A DNA stretch of 37,568 nucleotides from a virus (taxonomy: Duplodnaviria; Caudoviricetes), in IMG/VR virus record IMGVR_UViG_3300018031_000015, positions 1-37,568 of that record; one strand, given 5' to 3'. A program made the translations under genes and the position numbers. How positions within the stretch are numbered: position 1 is the first letter of the stretch; each line of letters opens with the position of its first letter. This document shows, piece after piece, positions 26,941 through 35,157 of the stretch. The notes beneath the pieces are model-generated. The model did not search any database. It was not told the origin of the DNA and saw only the letters and a program-made list of their open reading frames with translations.

Positions 26941-26998
26941 GTTTTAATGGATGTTGCTCAATATGTCAATTGACTTTCATCCATTAGTGTGATAAGAT
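26941..26998. promoter_or_regulatory. Back-to-back sigma70-type promoters
   Basis: Plus TTGACT(26970)-N17-TAAGAT, minus TTGACA(26969)-N17-TAAAAC, CATCCATTA downstream of each -35. Confidence 0.75.
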
Positions 26999-27026
26999 GG
27001 GTGTCCATCACAACAGGAGTTTTGAC

Positions 27027-27206
27027 GTGTCTGACCCAATGCAAGCCATCAGGAAGTACTTCACCGTCGAGGAGGCACCGCGCCAGAAAGACAAGTGGCT
27101 AGTGACCTGCGAGAAGTGCGGAGATATGTGGCATCTCAAAAAGACATCCAACCACCCCGGCAATATTCTAAGTTTGCTGAACCACGCCTTCAGCCACAAC
27201 AAGTAA
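27027..27206 (+). CDS. Small Zn-finger (CxxC/H) protein
   Basis: GTG 27027 with SD AGGAG (the ATG at 26997 overlaps the -10 box), CEKC...LLNHAFSH. Confidence 0.55.
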   Translation: MSDPMQAIRKYFTVEEAPRQKDKWLVTCEKCGDMWHLKKTSNHPGNILSLLNHAFSHNK

Positions 27207-27222
27207 CTGGAGCATCACCCCC

Positions 27223-27543
27223 ATGGACATCCCGACCACCTACCTCTCCCTGCACGACGTCACCGGCCTGCGGGCCGCGGCGCTGGCGTCGCTCGACACG
27301 CCGCTGATCCTGACCGTCGACACCAAGTACGGCCCGATGCAGATCAGCATCTACCTGAACCCGAACGACCCGGCCAAGGTCGAGCTGCTCGCCGACGCCA
27401 TCAACGCGGCGATGAAGGAACCGGCTACTCCGAAGGTGGCCTGTCCGATCGAGGAAGCCGCCTACAAGGCCCATGACGACTACTGGAGCCGCCTGCGCGC
27501 GGATCTCGACCGTTGCCCCATCGAGGCGGAGACACGCCGGTGA
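27223..27543 (+). CDS. Hypothetical protein
   Basis: 106 aa, SD GGAG. Confidence 0.7.
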   Translation: MDIPTTYLSLHDVTGLRAAALASLDTPLILTVDTKYGPMQISIYLNPNDPAKVELLADAINAAMKEPATPKVACPIEEAAYKAHDDYWSRLRADLDRCPIEAETRR

Positions 27544-27737
27544 CATATTTGGTGACAGTAAAAAGAACGATAACAACCGTGGTCAGAGTGGATGGGGCCG
27601 CGTCCGCCGTGGCGGCGCGCAGACGCATCATGAACTACGGCATTGTTGAAGCCGTCTCCGACTTTCCTGTGGTCGAGGAAACCATGGACGCGATAATAGT
27701 ACCGACGCAGAAGCACTTGGTGGCGAAACATGCTTGA
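27540..27737 (+). CDS. Hypothetical protein
   Basis: GTGA overlap start, SD GGAG. Confidence 0.5.
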   Translation: MTYLVTVKRTITTVVRVDGAASAVAARRRIMNYGIVEAVSDFPVVEETMDAIIVPTQKHLVAKHA

Positions 27738-28311
27738 CACCCGCAGTGAAAACACGGTCCTGCGCGACCTGTATATCTCCCAGTGCTTTGTCTCCGACAT
27801 ACAGGAGGTGATGGAACGCGTGCATTACTCGCATTCCATTTTCGGCGTGACCACGACGCTATGCTACGCTGTAGTGGACTGTGGCGACATCGTCGGCGGT
27901 GCCATCTTCGGCAAGCCAGCGGCCTTCAACGTGAGCCGTAAATACGACAAAGGCGAGCCATTACTGGAGCTGCGTCGCTTCGTGCTGGAGGACAGGCTGC
28001 CGCGCAACAGCGAGAGCCGGGTCTTGGGGATGATGCTTCGCGACCTCAAGCGCGAGGGCATCAAGCGCATTCTAAGCTACGCCGACCCGGCGCACGGACA
28101 CACCGGCGTGATCTACTCGGCCACCGGCTTCACCAAGGTCGGCGTAACGCACGCACGGAAGCACGTCATGTGGAAGGGCAAGAAGTACCCCGACCGCAAC
28201 ATCCACCAGACCAACTTCCCTTTCCATAAAGAGATCCGCGCCGCGATCGCCAGCGGCGAGGCCACGCGTGTCACCATCCCCGGCAAGAACATCTGGCTAA
28301 AGGAACTATGA
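27730..28311 (+). CDS. Mom-like (GNAT-fold) DNA adenine modification enzyme
   Basis: HYSH, LELRRF, PRNSES, ILSYADPAHGHTGVIYSATGF match the Mu Mom family pattern. Confidence 0.75.
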   Translation: MLDTRSENTVLRDLYISQCFVSDIQEVMERVHYSHSIFGVTTTLCYAVVDCGDIVGGAIFGKPAAFNVSRKYDKGEPLLELRRFVLEDRLPRNSESRVLGMMLRDLKREGIKRILSYADPAHGHTGVIYSATGFTKVGVTHARKHVMWKGKKYPDRNIHQTNFPFHKEIRAAIASGEATRVTIPGKNIWLKEL

Positions 28312-28412
28312 AAGTGAATTACGACCTGACCTACATCCTCGCCGCCACCATCACGGTCGTGATCCTGATCACGATCTACGCGGCCATCATCTCGGAATGG
28401 AGGGCCGGATGA
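28308..28412 (+). CDS. 34-aa single-TM peptide
   Basis: Read by hand: MKVNYDLTYILAATITVVILITIYAAIISEWRAG, ATGA overlaps at both ends, SD AAGGA. Confidence 0.6.
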   Translation: MKVNYDLTYILAATITVVILITIYAAIISEWRAG

Positions 28413-28600
28413 GCGGCAAATACTCGATCTGGAAGGACCAGCGCACCGGCGACTACGAGGTGGTGCGCTGGGAAGGCACCAATTTCGAGATGGTGGTGCA
28501 GGCCAACATCAAAACACGGGAAAAGGCGGTCAAGGCCAAGGCGATCTGGGAAGAACGCGAGGCCCGCCGCGAAAAGAAAGCGCCCGGTCGGGGGGCCTGA
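28409..28600 (+). CDS. Hypothetical protein
   Basis: ATG 28409 (MSGKYSIW) with SD GGAGG. Confidence 0.6.
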   Translation: MSGKYSIWKDQRTGDYEVVRWEGTNFEMVVQANIKTREKAVKAKAIWEEREARREKKAPGRGA

Positions 28601-28610
28601 CCGGGCGCTA
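28571..28610 (-). terminator. Intrinsic terminator for minus-strand (late) transcript
   Basis: AGCGCCCGGTC/GACCGGGCGCT stem followed on the minus strand by TTCTTTTC. Confidence 0.6.
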
Positions 28611-28671
28611 TAGGTAACTGATCACCATCACATGATCGCGCTCAAGGTAGCGCGAGGAAGGCTAGGATACA

Positions 28672-28980
28672 ATGGTTAGCGTGGTTCTGTTGAACGGCGG
28701 CACGCCGGATACGGTTGGGTTGATCCCGATGTGGCTCGACAAGGACGACCCGCGGCCGGCGCGCGAACAGCTCAACGAGCACTATGCCCACGGCGGCGGC
28801 TGGCGGCCGTTCAAGGGGTTCGTGCTGCGCAAGGACGGCGGCATCAAGTATCCGGGCGATCCAACCCATAAGCCCCGCGCCGCCATGATGCTGCGCGACG
28901 AGCTGATCATGATCTACGACCACGGCTGGGTGCTGATCCGCCAGAAGGACGGCAGCTTCGAATGCTGTAGAATGGACTAG
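28672..28980 (+). CDS. Hypothetical protein
   Basis: 102 aa, converges on the late operon with overlapping stops. Confidence 0.7.
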   Translation: MVSVVLLNGGTPDTVGLIPMWLDKDDPRPAREQLNEHYAHGGGWRPFKGFVLRKDGGIKYPGDPTHKPRAAMMLRDELIMIYDHGWVLIRQKDGSFECCRMD

Positions 28981-29168
28981 CGCCGCACGTCGCAGCGCGC
29001 AATCTGCACCAGCGTGCGCGCCATGTTCTTGCAGGCAATCTCGGCGTTGCGCGCCTCGATCTCGGCGCGCGACGGCACCCGGTCGAAATTGCTGTTGATG
29101 TAGAGCGCCTCCTCGGTGGTGAGGCAGCCGGTCAAGAGCAGCGGCAGTAACAGTGAAGCCTTCCACAT
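28977..29168 (-). CDS. Lipoprotein (possible o-spanin or exclusion protein)
   Basis: ATG 29168, MWKASLLLPLLLTG/C lipobox. Confidence 0.6.
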   Translation of the reverse strand: MWKASLLLPLLLTGCLTTEEALYINSNFDRVPSRAEIEARNAEIACKNMARTLVQIARCDVRR

Positions 29169-29170
29169 GG

Positions 29171-29257
29171 TTACCCCCAGATGATCTGCGCGCCAAGCGC
29201 GAGCAGGGTCACCACGATAACCGCAAATAGCGCCAGCCACCAATGGGCAACATACAT
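29171..29257 (-). CDS. 28-aa single-TM peptide
   Basis: Read by hand: MYVAHWWLALFAVIVVTLLALGAQIIWG, fills the gap between its neighbours. Confidence 0.45.
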   Translation of the reverse strand: MYVAHWWLALFAVIVVTLLALGAQIIWG

Positions 29258-29260
29258 GAC

Positions 29261-29437
29261 CTAACGGACTGGCGAGCCGAACACATGCAGGCCCAACAGG
29301 CCGATCAGGATGAACAGCACCAGCCAGCTGCCGAACGGTGCCCACGGCGCGTTGGCGGGCCGCCACGGGTTCATGCCCCAGCCGCCGAAGATAAGCGTGA
29401 TCACCCACAACAGCCAGAACCAGATGCCTGCACTCAT
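29261..29437 (-). CDS. Two-TM holin-like protein
   Basis: Read by hand, 58 aa, MSAGIWFWLLWVITLIFGGWG...WLVLFILIGLLGLHVFGSPVR, SD AGGAGG. Confidence 0.6.
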   Translation of the reverse strand: MSAGIWFWLLWVITLIFGGWGMNPWRPANAPWAPFGSWLVLFILIGLLGLHVFGSPVR

Positions 29438-29446
29438 GTCGGCCTC

Positions 29447-29659
29447 CTACTTGGTTGTCTCCATCAGCTTGCGTACTTCCGCGCACGTCTCTTTGACCGT
29501 GACGTACTTGCCGTCGGTCATGTTGACCTGACACTGCACGCCCTTGGCAAACGCATTGTTGGTCGGCTCCGGGTTGCGCAGGTTGGTGATTGTCGCCGTG
29601 TTCAGATCAATCGGTGTCCCGGTCGCTGAGTGCAGGATGATCATCACCAACAGGATCAT
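29447..29659 (-). CDS. FlbD/SwrD-like small protein
   Basis: IILHSATGTPIDLN..I..L...VNMTDGKYVTVKETCAEV resembles the FlbD family pattern. Confidence 0.5.
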   Translation of the reverse strand: MILLVMIILHSATGTPIDLNTATITNLRNPEPTNNAFAKGVQCQVNMTDGKYVTVKETCAEVRKLMETTK

Positions 29660-31467
29660 CGCGCCTCCAGCGCCTCGATCCGTACCATTGCTTCCTGCAA
29701 CGCCTTGGTCAGGGCGGCGATCACGGTGAAGGGGTTCGGCGACTGAATGGTGTCGGGGCTGTCCTTCTCGCCGGATGCCGCACTGGGCGTCAGCGTTGCC
29801 TGAAGTTCATGCGCGATGAAGCCCCACCGCTCGATGTCGTCAGCCTCGACCAACGGGCCGGTATTGACCTCGCGCGGTTTTGCGTCGGGGTTTCCTTCCG
29901 CTTCCTTGCGCGCCTTCAGGACTTCCCCCGCGACGAACTTGACGTGGCTCGGCGGCGTGAATTGTGCCTGCGTGTATTTGATCGGGCGCAGCGCCTTTAC
30001 CGTCTCCCACATGCCGGGCAGATCGATGATGTCCTTCTTGATACGATAGTCGGAGGCAATCGCGATGTTGCCCACGTTGGTATTGTCGATCCACAGTTGG
30101 ACACCGGGGTAGAAAAGGTTGAAGGCGTTGGAGCCAAGGCCCCCGCTGATGCCCGGTCTAGTGTTATAGCCGGTGGCTTGTACCGTGCCGTTGACTGTGG
30201 CGGTACCACCAACGGTCATCCCGTTGCCGTTGACGATCAGCGAGCCGCCAGTAAAATTAAAATTAGATCCATCATAACCAAAATATTTAGTAGCAGCAGC
30301 GTTAAGATAAACATAACCATTTTGCGCCATCAAGTGAGCGGTCGACGTGATACCTTGCGCCGTAACGCCCCCAGTAGCGGCAATTGCATTGACATTTATG
30401 TTTCCTCCAATCCCCACCCCGCCCGCAACCGTCAACGCGCCCGTGGTAGGAGAGGTGGAGGCGGCGGCGGATGGAATACGCACCGTCTGGTCGTTGTGAA
30501 GGATCAAGGTTGAAAGTGGCGTGCCGCTGGTGCCGGTGCGGAACCACAGCGCGCCGTTGCCGTCAGCGCCATAGCCCGCCCAGTTGGCCCCGCCGCCGTA
30601 GGTGACGATGGAGGCGTTAGCCGTCGTCATGGGGTTGAAGTCGGCGTTTAAGCCTCCGATAGTGCCAATCATGTGCGGGAGCACTGCGTTCGCCGTTATC
30701 GACCCTTTGACCGTGATGGCAGAGCCTGCGCTCCCGATCATCACCTCGCCCGCGACCGGGTTGATTTCCAGCGGCAGCGCCGTCCCGGCGGAATTGTTCG
30801 ACTGTAGCCACGCGCTGTAGGGCGAGGCGGGCCTGCCGCCAATCGACAGCGCGCCGTAGCCGCCATTTGCACTGGAAAAGAAAGCGTAGGCGTCGGTGGG
30901 GGCGAGCGAGGGCGCGTTTTCCTTGCCCTGCACATACAACGCCATTCCGGCGGCGCGCGTGATCTGTAGGTTGCCCGACATCGCGTCGCCCGTCACATTG
31001 ACGTAGGCGGCATCGAGGTCGGCGGTGGAGCCTGCCTGCTGTGCCCACGCGCCCCACACGCCTGCCGTTTTTTGGCGGACGTAACGATGACCCGGAGAAG
31101 CCTCAAACAGATCACGCGCCTCGATCACCATGTAGGCCGGGTCCACATAGGAGTAGCAAATGCCAGTAAAGGCGTGGTCCGCCACTGGCGCGCTGGTTGC
31201 CCCCGCCGCCGAATAGAACGACCCCGGCATGAACGCGAAGCTGTCGAAGTTGGTGACCGGCCCCTGCTTGGCGATCTCGCCCGACAGTGCGATCATCGCA
31301 TCGTGCGCGTTGTTCGCGCCTGTGCCACCGGCCACGATGGGGCGCGGCGTGTTGAGGTCGAGCTCGATGTCGGAGATCTCTCCGTTGTGCACGGTGCTCT
31401 CGATCGTCGTGCCCTCGACGACGTCGGGGAACGGCTTGACGTAGATACCTGAACCGTCACGGGGCAT
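29656..31467 (-). CDS. Tail fibre/spike with C-terminal peptidase S74 intramolecular chaperone
   Basis: MPRDGSG N-terminal anchor, G/A/T-rich beta repeats, STSPTTGALTVAGGVGI, SDYRIKKDI, GFIAHEL, terminal coiled coil. Confidence 0.88.
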   Translation of the reverse strand: MPRDGSGIYVKPFPDVVEGTTIESTVHNGEISDIELDLNTPRPIVAGGTGANNAHDAMIALSGEIAKQGPVTNFDSFAFMPGSFYSAAGATSAPVADHAFTGICYSYVDPAYMVIEARDLFEASPGHRYVRQKTAGVWGAWAQQAGSTADLDAAYVNVTGDAMSGNLQITRAAGMALYVQGKENAPSLAPTDAYAFFSSANGGYGALSIGGRPASPYSAWLQSNNSAGTALPLEINPVAGEVMIGSAGSAITVKGSITANAVLPHMIGTIGGLNADFNPMTTANASIVTYGGGANWAGYGADGNGALWFRTGTSGTPLSTLILHNDQTVRIPSAAASTSPTTGALTVAGGVGIGGNINVNAIAATGGVTAQGITSTAHLMAQNGYVYLNAAATKYFGYDGSNFNFTGGSLIVNGNGMTVGGTATVNGTVQATGYNTRPGISGGLGSNAFNLFYPGVQLWIDNTNVGNIAIASDYRIKKDIIDLPGMWETVKALRPIKYTQAQFTPPSHVKFVAGEVLKARKEAEGNPDAKPREVNTGPLVEADDIERWGFIAHELQATLTPSAASGEKDSPDTIQSPNPFTVIAALTKALQEAMVRIEALEAR

Positions 31468-32876
31468 TAGGACAACTCCTCTACAGTGCCGTCAGGCAGC
31501 ACGCGGTACGTCGACGGGATAGCCTGCCGCTGCTCGAGCTCGCGGCGGCGCGCCTCCATCGCCGCCTCGATCATGCCGCCACTTGGCGTACCGATCGGCC
31601 TCGCGAAGGGATTGGCGGTGAAGTTTTTCGGCAGGGTATCGAGGCTCTGCTGCGCCAGGGGCGACTGCATGCGAATGGCGTTGTCGGCCTCGGCGGCAAT
31701 ATTCCGCGCGCCGCGGTTGGCATAGGACCGCGCCGCAGCGCCGGCTACAGCGGGTACGGCCGCCGCCGCCGCCAGGCCCGTCGCCAGTGCGGGGTGACCG
31801 GTGGCGATCGCCGTACCGGCAGCACCGAAGCCGCCCAGCAACCCACCGCCGCCCACGCTCGGCGACAGCGCGTTGCCGATGCTCTGCGCGCGATCGATGC
31901 CGGGCGTGGCGCGATTGGCCGACCGCAGGATATTGGCTTCGGTATCACTGAAGCCGCGTCCCTCGCCTTTGCCCGCCTCGATTTTGTTGATCAGACGCGC
32001 GATGTTGGTGCGCTGCTGCTCCGCGGACAGATCTGGTCCCCTGGCCTTGGCGATGTTCAGCTCGGCGGTCGCCTCGTCCTTGCCGGTGACCGCTTCCGAG
32101 TGTCGCGCCTGGCGGTAGTTGCCGACAGCGCCGCGGACGCTCTCGGGCGCGTTCGGTGGCAGGTTCTGCTCGACGAAGCCAAACACGTCATTGCGCAGTG
32201 CCTGGTTGGCCGCCGCAGTTGGCCCGCGCAGCCCCTGACCGCTCAGTTGTACGCGCAAGGCATCGACGTCCTGCGACGTTACGAACGGCGCATTGCGCAC
32301 CCGGTCCAGCTCCTGCTGTATGACCCTGTGCTGCAGCTGCGCGCTCTCGGGAACGTCATGAAAACCCTGCCGCAGCAGGTTCTGCGCGGCGTCCTGCAGC
32401 ATGGTGCGGTACTGGTCGCCGCCGTACATCTGTCCGCTGTTGCGATAGGCATCGAAGCCGGCGGCGGAGGCGGTATCGAGTGCTTCGGCACTCGGCGCCT
32501 GGATGCCTCCTCTGCCGACCCGGCTTGCGACGGCACCCGGTCCGTAAGTAAAGGCCGCCCCCAGCCCGCCGCCAATGTAGTCGGGGTTGCGGGGGTCGGC
32601 CGGGATCCTGCCGGTGCGGACATCGTAGGTGAAATCGAACGGCTTCTTGAACGCGCCCAGCAGCCCGGCGTTGGGGTCAAACGTGACGTTACCCGTCTCG
32701 TCCTTGCTGAACGGCAGAATGGCGCCCTGATATGGCCTGGTCGGCTCGCGCGGCGCCGGTGGCGGCGTGTAGCCGGGCACGCCAACAAATGGGTTGTCGT
32801 TAACCGTGGCGGGTTGGCTATTTGCGCCGGCGCGGCGGAACAGCTCGGCGGCGCTGAGATCCGTGTCGTCAGTCAT
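31467..32876 (-). CDS. Internal virion (DNA ejection) protein
   Basis: Start re-called at ATG 32876, helical with a G/A-rich hydrophobic segment, upstream of tail fibre. Confidence 0.6.
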   Translation of the reverse strand: MTDDTDLSAAELFRRAGANSQPATVNDNPFVGVPGYTPPPAPREPTRPYQGAILPFSKDETGNVTFDPNAGLLGAFKKPFDFTYDVRTGRIPADPRNPDYIGGGLGAAFTYGPGAVASRVGRGGIQAPSAEALDTASAAGFDAYRNSGQMYGGDQYRTMLQDAAQNLLRQGFHDVPESAQLQHRVIQQELDRVRNAPFVTSQDVDALRVQLSGQGLRGPTAAANQALRNDVFGFVEQNLPPNAPESVRGAVGNYRQARHSEAVTGKDEATAELNIAKARGPDLSAEQQRTNIARLINKIEAGKGEGRGFSDTEANILRSANRATPGIDRAQSIGNALSPSVGGGGLLGGFGAAGTAIATGHPALATGLAAAAAVPAVAGAAARSYANRGARNIAAEADNAIRMQSPLAQQSLDTLPKNFTANPFARPIGTPSGGMIEAAMEARRRELEQRQAIPSTYRVLPDGTVEELS

Positions 32877-35157
32877 CGGGGCGCTCCATCCGGCGCTTGT
32901 GGCGCGCCAGCTCCAGTTTCGCGGCACCCGGTCCGTTCAGGCGGTCGAACTCGGCAATGACATCCGGCCGGTTCTGGTGGTCGATCAGCACTTTCCGTAG
33001 CTCGGGCGTGCCGATCTCCGGCGTGTCGACCTTGAAGAAGCGATGCTGCGGGTCGCCGCGCAGATACTGCTCGCGCAGCGCCTCGTAGTTGCCGACCTTG
33101 CCGTGCAGATCCTCCTGCATCACCGCGATGATCCGGCGTTTGGAGGCCTCCTGCATATCCGGCGTGCCCTGCAGGCCTTTCGCCTGCGCCACGTCACCCT
33201 CCGACACACGCGGATCCTTGCCGTTGACCAGCATGATGCCGTAGCTGATCGTGCGGTCCATTGCCTTCTGGTACTTCTCGCTTTCGTTGGCGATCTTTTG
33301 CGCGTCCTGGCTGCCGATCTTGGCCGCAATCCTCGCCGCATTGAGCTTGGCGTCGGCGCCAAAGCCGGAAACAACGGCACCGCTGTCGAGGGCCTCCCTG
33401 GCGATTGAGACATCGCGGAGCATGGGGGCAATCTTGTTGACCTGCTCTTTCTCGGCGGCGAACTCTTTCAGGAACGGCTCGCGCTCGCGCCCCGTTCGTT
33501 GATAGAACTTGTTGGTGAGCGCCGCAGTCTCAGCCTCGGCGCTGACCTTGGGCAGCCCCAGCCGTTCACGTTCGGCTTCGAGCAGGGTTTTATCGGTGGT
33601 GGCACGTTGCTGCGGCAGGTCCATTCTATACTTGGTTTCCTGCTCCTGCTCCTTCAGCCAGTTTTGCTTCCTGATCTCATAGTCCTTCAACCTGTTTTCG
33701 TAGTCCGAACCGAGCCGCGCCCGCTCGGCGTCGATGCGCTGCTGCGCCGCCGCCTTGATGCGCGGATCGATGTCGGCATTCATAAAACGCCGGTTCATAT
33801 CCACCTCGACCGGCCCCATCGTCGGCTTGACTGGTGGCTCAGGCATCGGCCGATCGCGCGGTACATACTCCTCAGGCGGCCGGGCGCGCACTTGCGGCGG
33901 CTGCGGTGCGGGCTGGATCTGTGGCGCGACCTGCGGGAAGCCGCCGCCGGGCAGGATCGGCTTGACGTCGCTGGCGACCGGCGGAAATGGGCTCGGCGGC
34001 GCGGCTTGCGCTACTTGCGGCCCAGGCTGCGGTGGCGGCACGAAGGGTTGGGGAGGTTGGAGCGTGCGTTGCTGCACACTGTCGGCGACCGATGCGCCGG
34101 CGGGCCCGGTCAACGCGCCCGTGATCGGTGGCGCGTCGCTCTGGATGTCGCCGGTGCGGCTGGCGGTCGGCGCAAAGGCCGGTGGCGCGGCCGGGCGGGT
34201 CATGCCGGTGACCTCAGATAGCCGCGCCTCCTGCGTGGCGTCCGCTGACGTCGGCGGCGTGGCCGCGGTGCGCGGCATCGAGGCCGCCGCGATCTGGTCG
34301 CGAATCCCGCCGCCCGCGCCAGGCATGCCATAGAAACCCATGATCTTTTGCGCGGCGGCCTGCGGACCCAGACCTCCAGCATTGTTGACCGCGAGATTAT
34401 AGGCCGGCGCGTTGCCGGCCCCGGTCAGCATCTTGGCCGCAGTGCCTGCACCCTGCTGGTGCGCGAGCGCCAGCTCGGAGGGGTTCGGCGGCCGGCCGAG
34501 TGCCTTCTCCAGCACGGCGGCGTTGTCGTCGGTCAGGCGGTTCGCCGCCACGATCGACTTGTCGACGTCGAAGCGGGCGTCGCCTGGAATGCCGTATTGC
34601 GCGCCGGTGCCGCGGGTGAACTGGAACGGCCCCGCCGCGCCGGTTGAGGAAACCTCGGTCGGGCTCTGCGCCTCGCGCCCGGCGAGGTGACCGAGATAGG
34701 CGCGCCGCTCGGGATCCGGCACCAGCCGCTCCAGCGAGGCGGAGAGGTAGGCCGGCGGCGGGCGGAAACCGCCCAGCTGGGTAACGCCGGAGGCAGCCGA
34801 CGCCAGAGCGGGTACCGCCGAGGGCGCAGCGGCGACCGGTTCTGGCGCGTCGGCTTCGGCGCGCGGGCCCGTCGCAGCCGCAGCCGGCTGATCCATGCCC
34901 TTGATAATCTTGTCGCTGGCCGCACTCTCGGCGGCGGCTTGCCGCACGGCGGCCTGCGCGGTAAACGCGTCGCCCAGGCTGTCGCCGATCGAGTACAGCC
35001 CCTCACCGAGTGTTTTGGGCGCGGTAGCCTTCTTCATCAGCATCGCCAGCGCGATGCGACGGCGCATGTCGAGCGCGCTGAACGCGCCGGTGCCGCCACT
35101 GCCTGTATCGAGCAGGCCCGAACCCAACCCGGCCGTCCAGTCGGTCAAAGCCATCAC
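32869..35157 (-). CDS. Internal virion/ejection protein with lytic transglycosylase-like domain
   Basis: LAGRE..SSTGAAGPFQFTRGT..YG..LALAHQQGAG lysozyme-like motifs, Pro-rich linker, coiled coil. Confidence 0.7.
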   Translation of the reverse strand: MMALTDWTAGLGSGLLDTGSGGTGAFSALDMRRRIALAMLMKKATAPKTLGEGLYSIGDSLGDAFTAQAAVRQAAAESAASDKIIKGMDQPAAAATGPRAEADAPEPVAAAPSAVPALASAASGVTQLGGFRPPPAYLSASLERLVPDPERRAYLGHLAGREAQSPTEVSSTGAAGPFQFTRGTGAQYGIPGDARFDVDKSIVAANRLTDDNAAVLEKALGRPPNPSELALAHQQGAGTAAKMLTGAGNAPAYNLAVNNAGGLGPQAAAQKIMGFYGMPGAGGGIRDQIAAASMPRTAATPPTSADATQEARLSEVTGMTRPAAPPAFAPTASRTGDIQSDAPPITGALTGPAGASVADSVQQRTLQPPQPFVPPPQPGPQVAQAAPPSPFPPVASDVKPILPGGGFPQVAPQIQPAPQPPQVRARPPEEYVPRDRPMPEPPVKPTMGPVEVDMNRRFMNADIDPRIKAAAQQRIDAERARLGSDYENRLKDYEIRKQNWLKEQEQETKYRMDLPQQRATTDKTLLEAERERLGLPKVSAEAETAALTNKFYQRTGREREPFLKEFAAEKEQVNKIAPMLRDVSIAREALDSGAVVSGFGADAKLNAARIAAKIGSQDAQKIANESEKYQKAMDRTISYGIMLVNGKDPRVSEGDVAQAKGLQGTPDMQEASKRRIIAVMQEDLHGKVGNYEALREQYLRGDPQHRFFKVDTPEIGTPELRKVLIDHQNRPDVIAEFDRLNGPGAAKLELARHKRRMERPDD

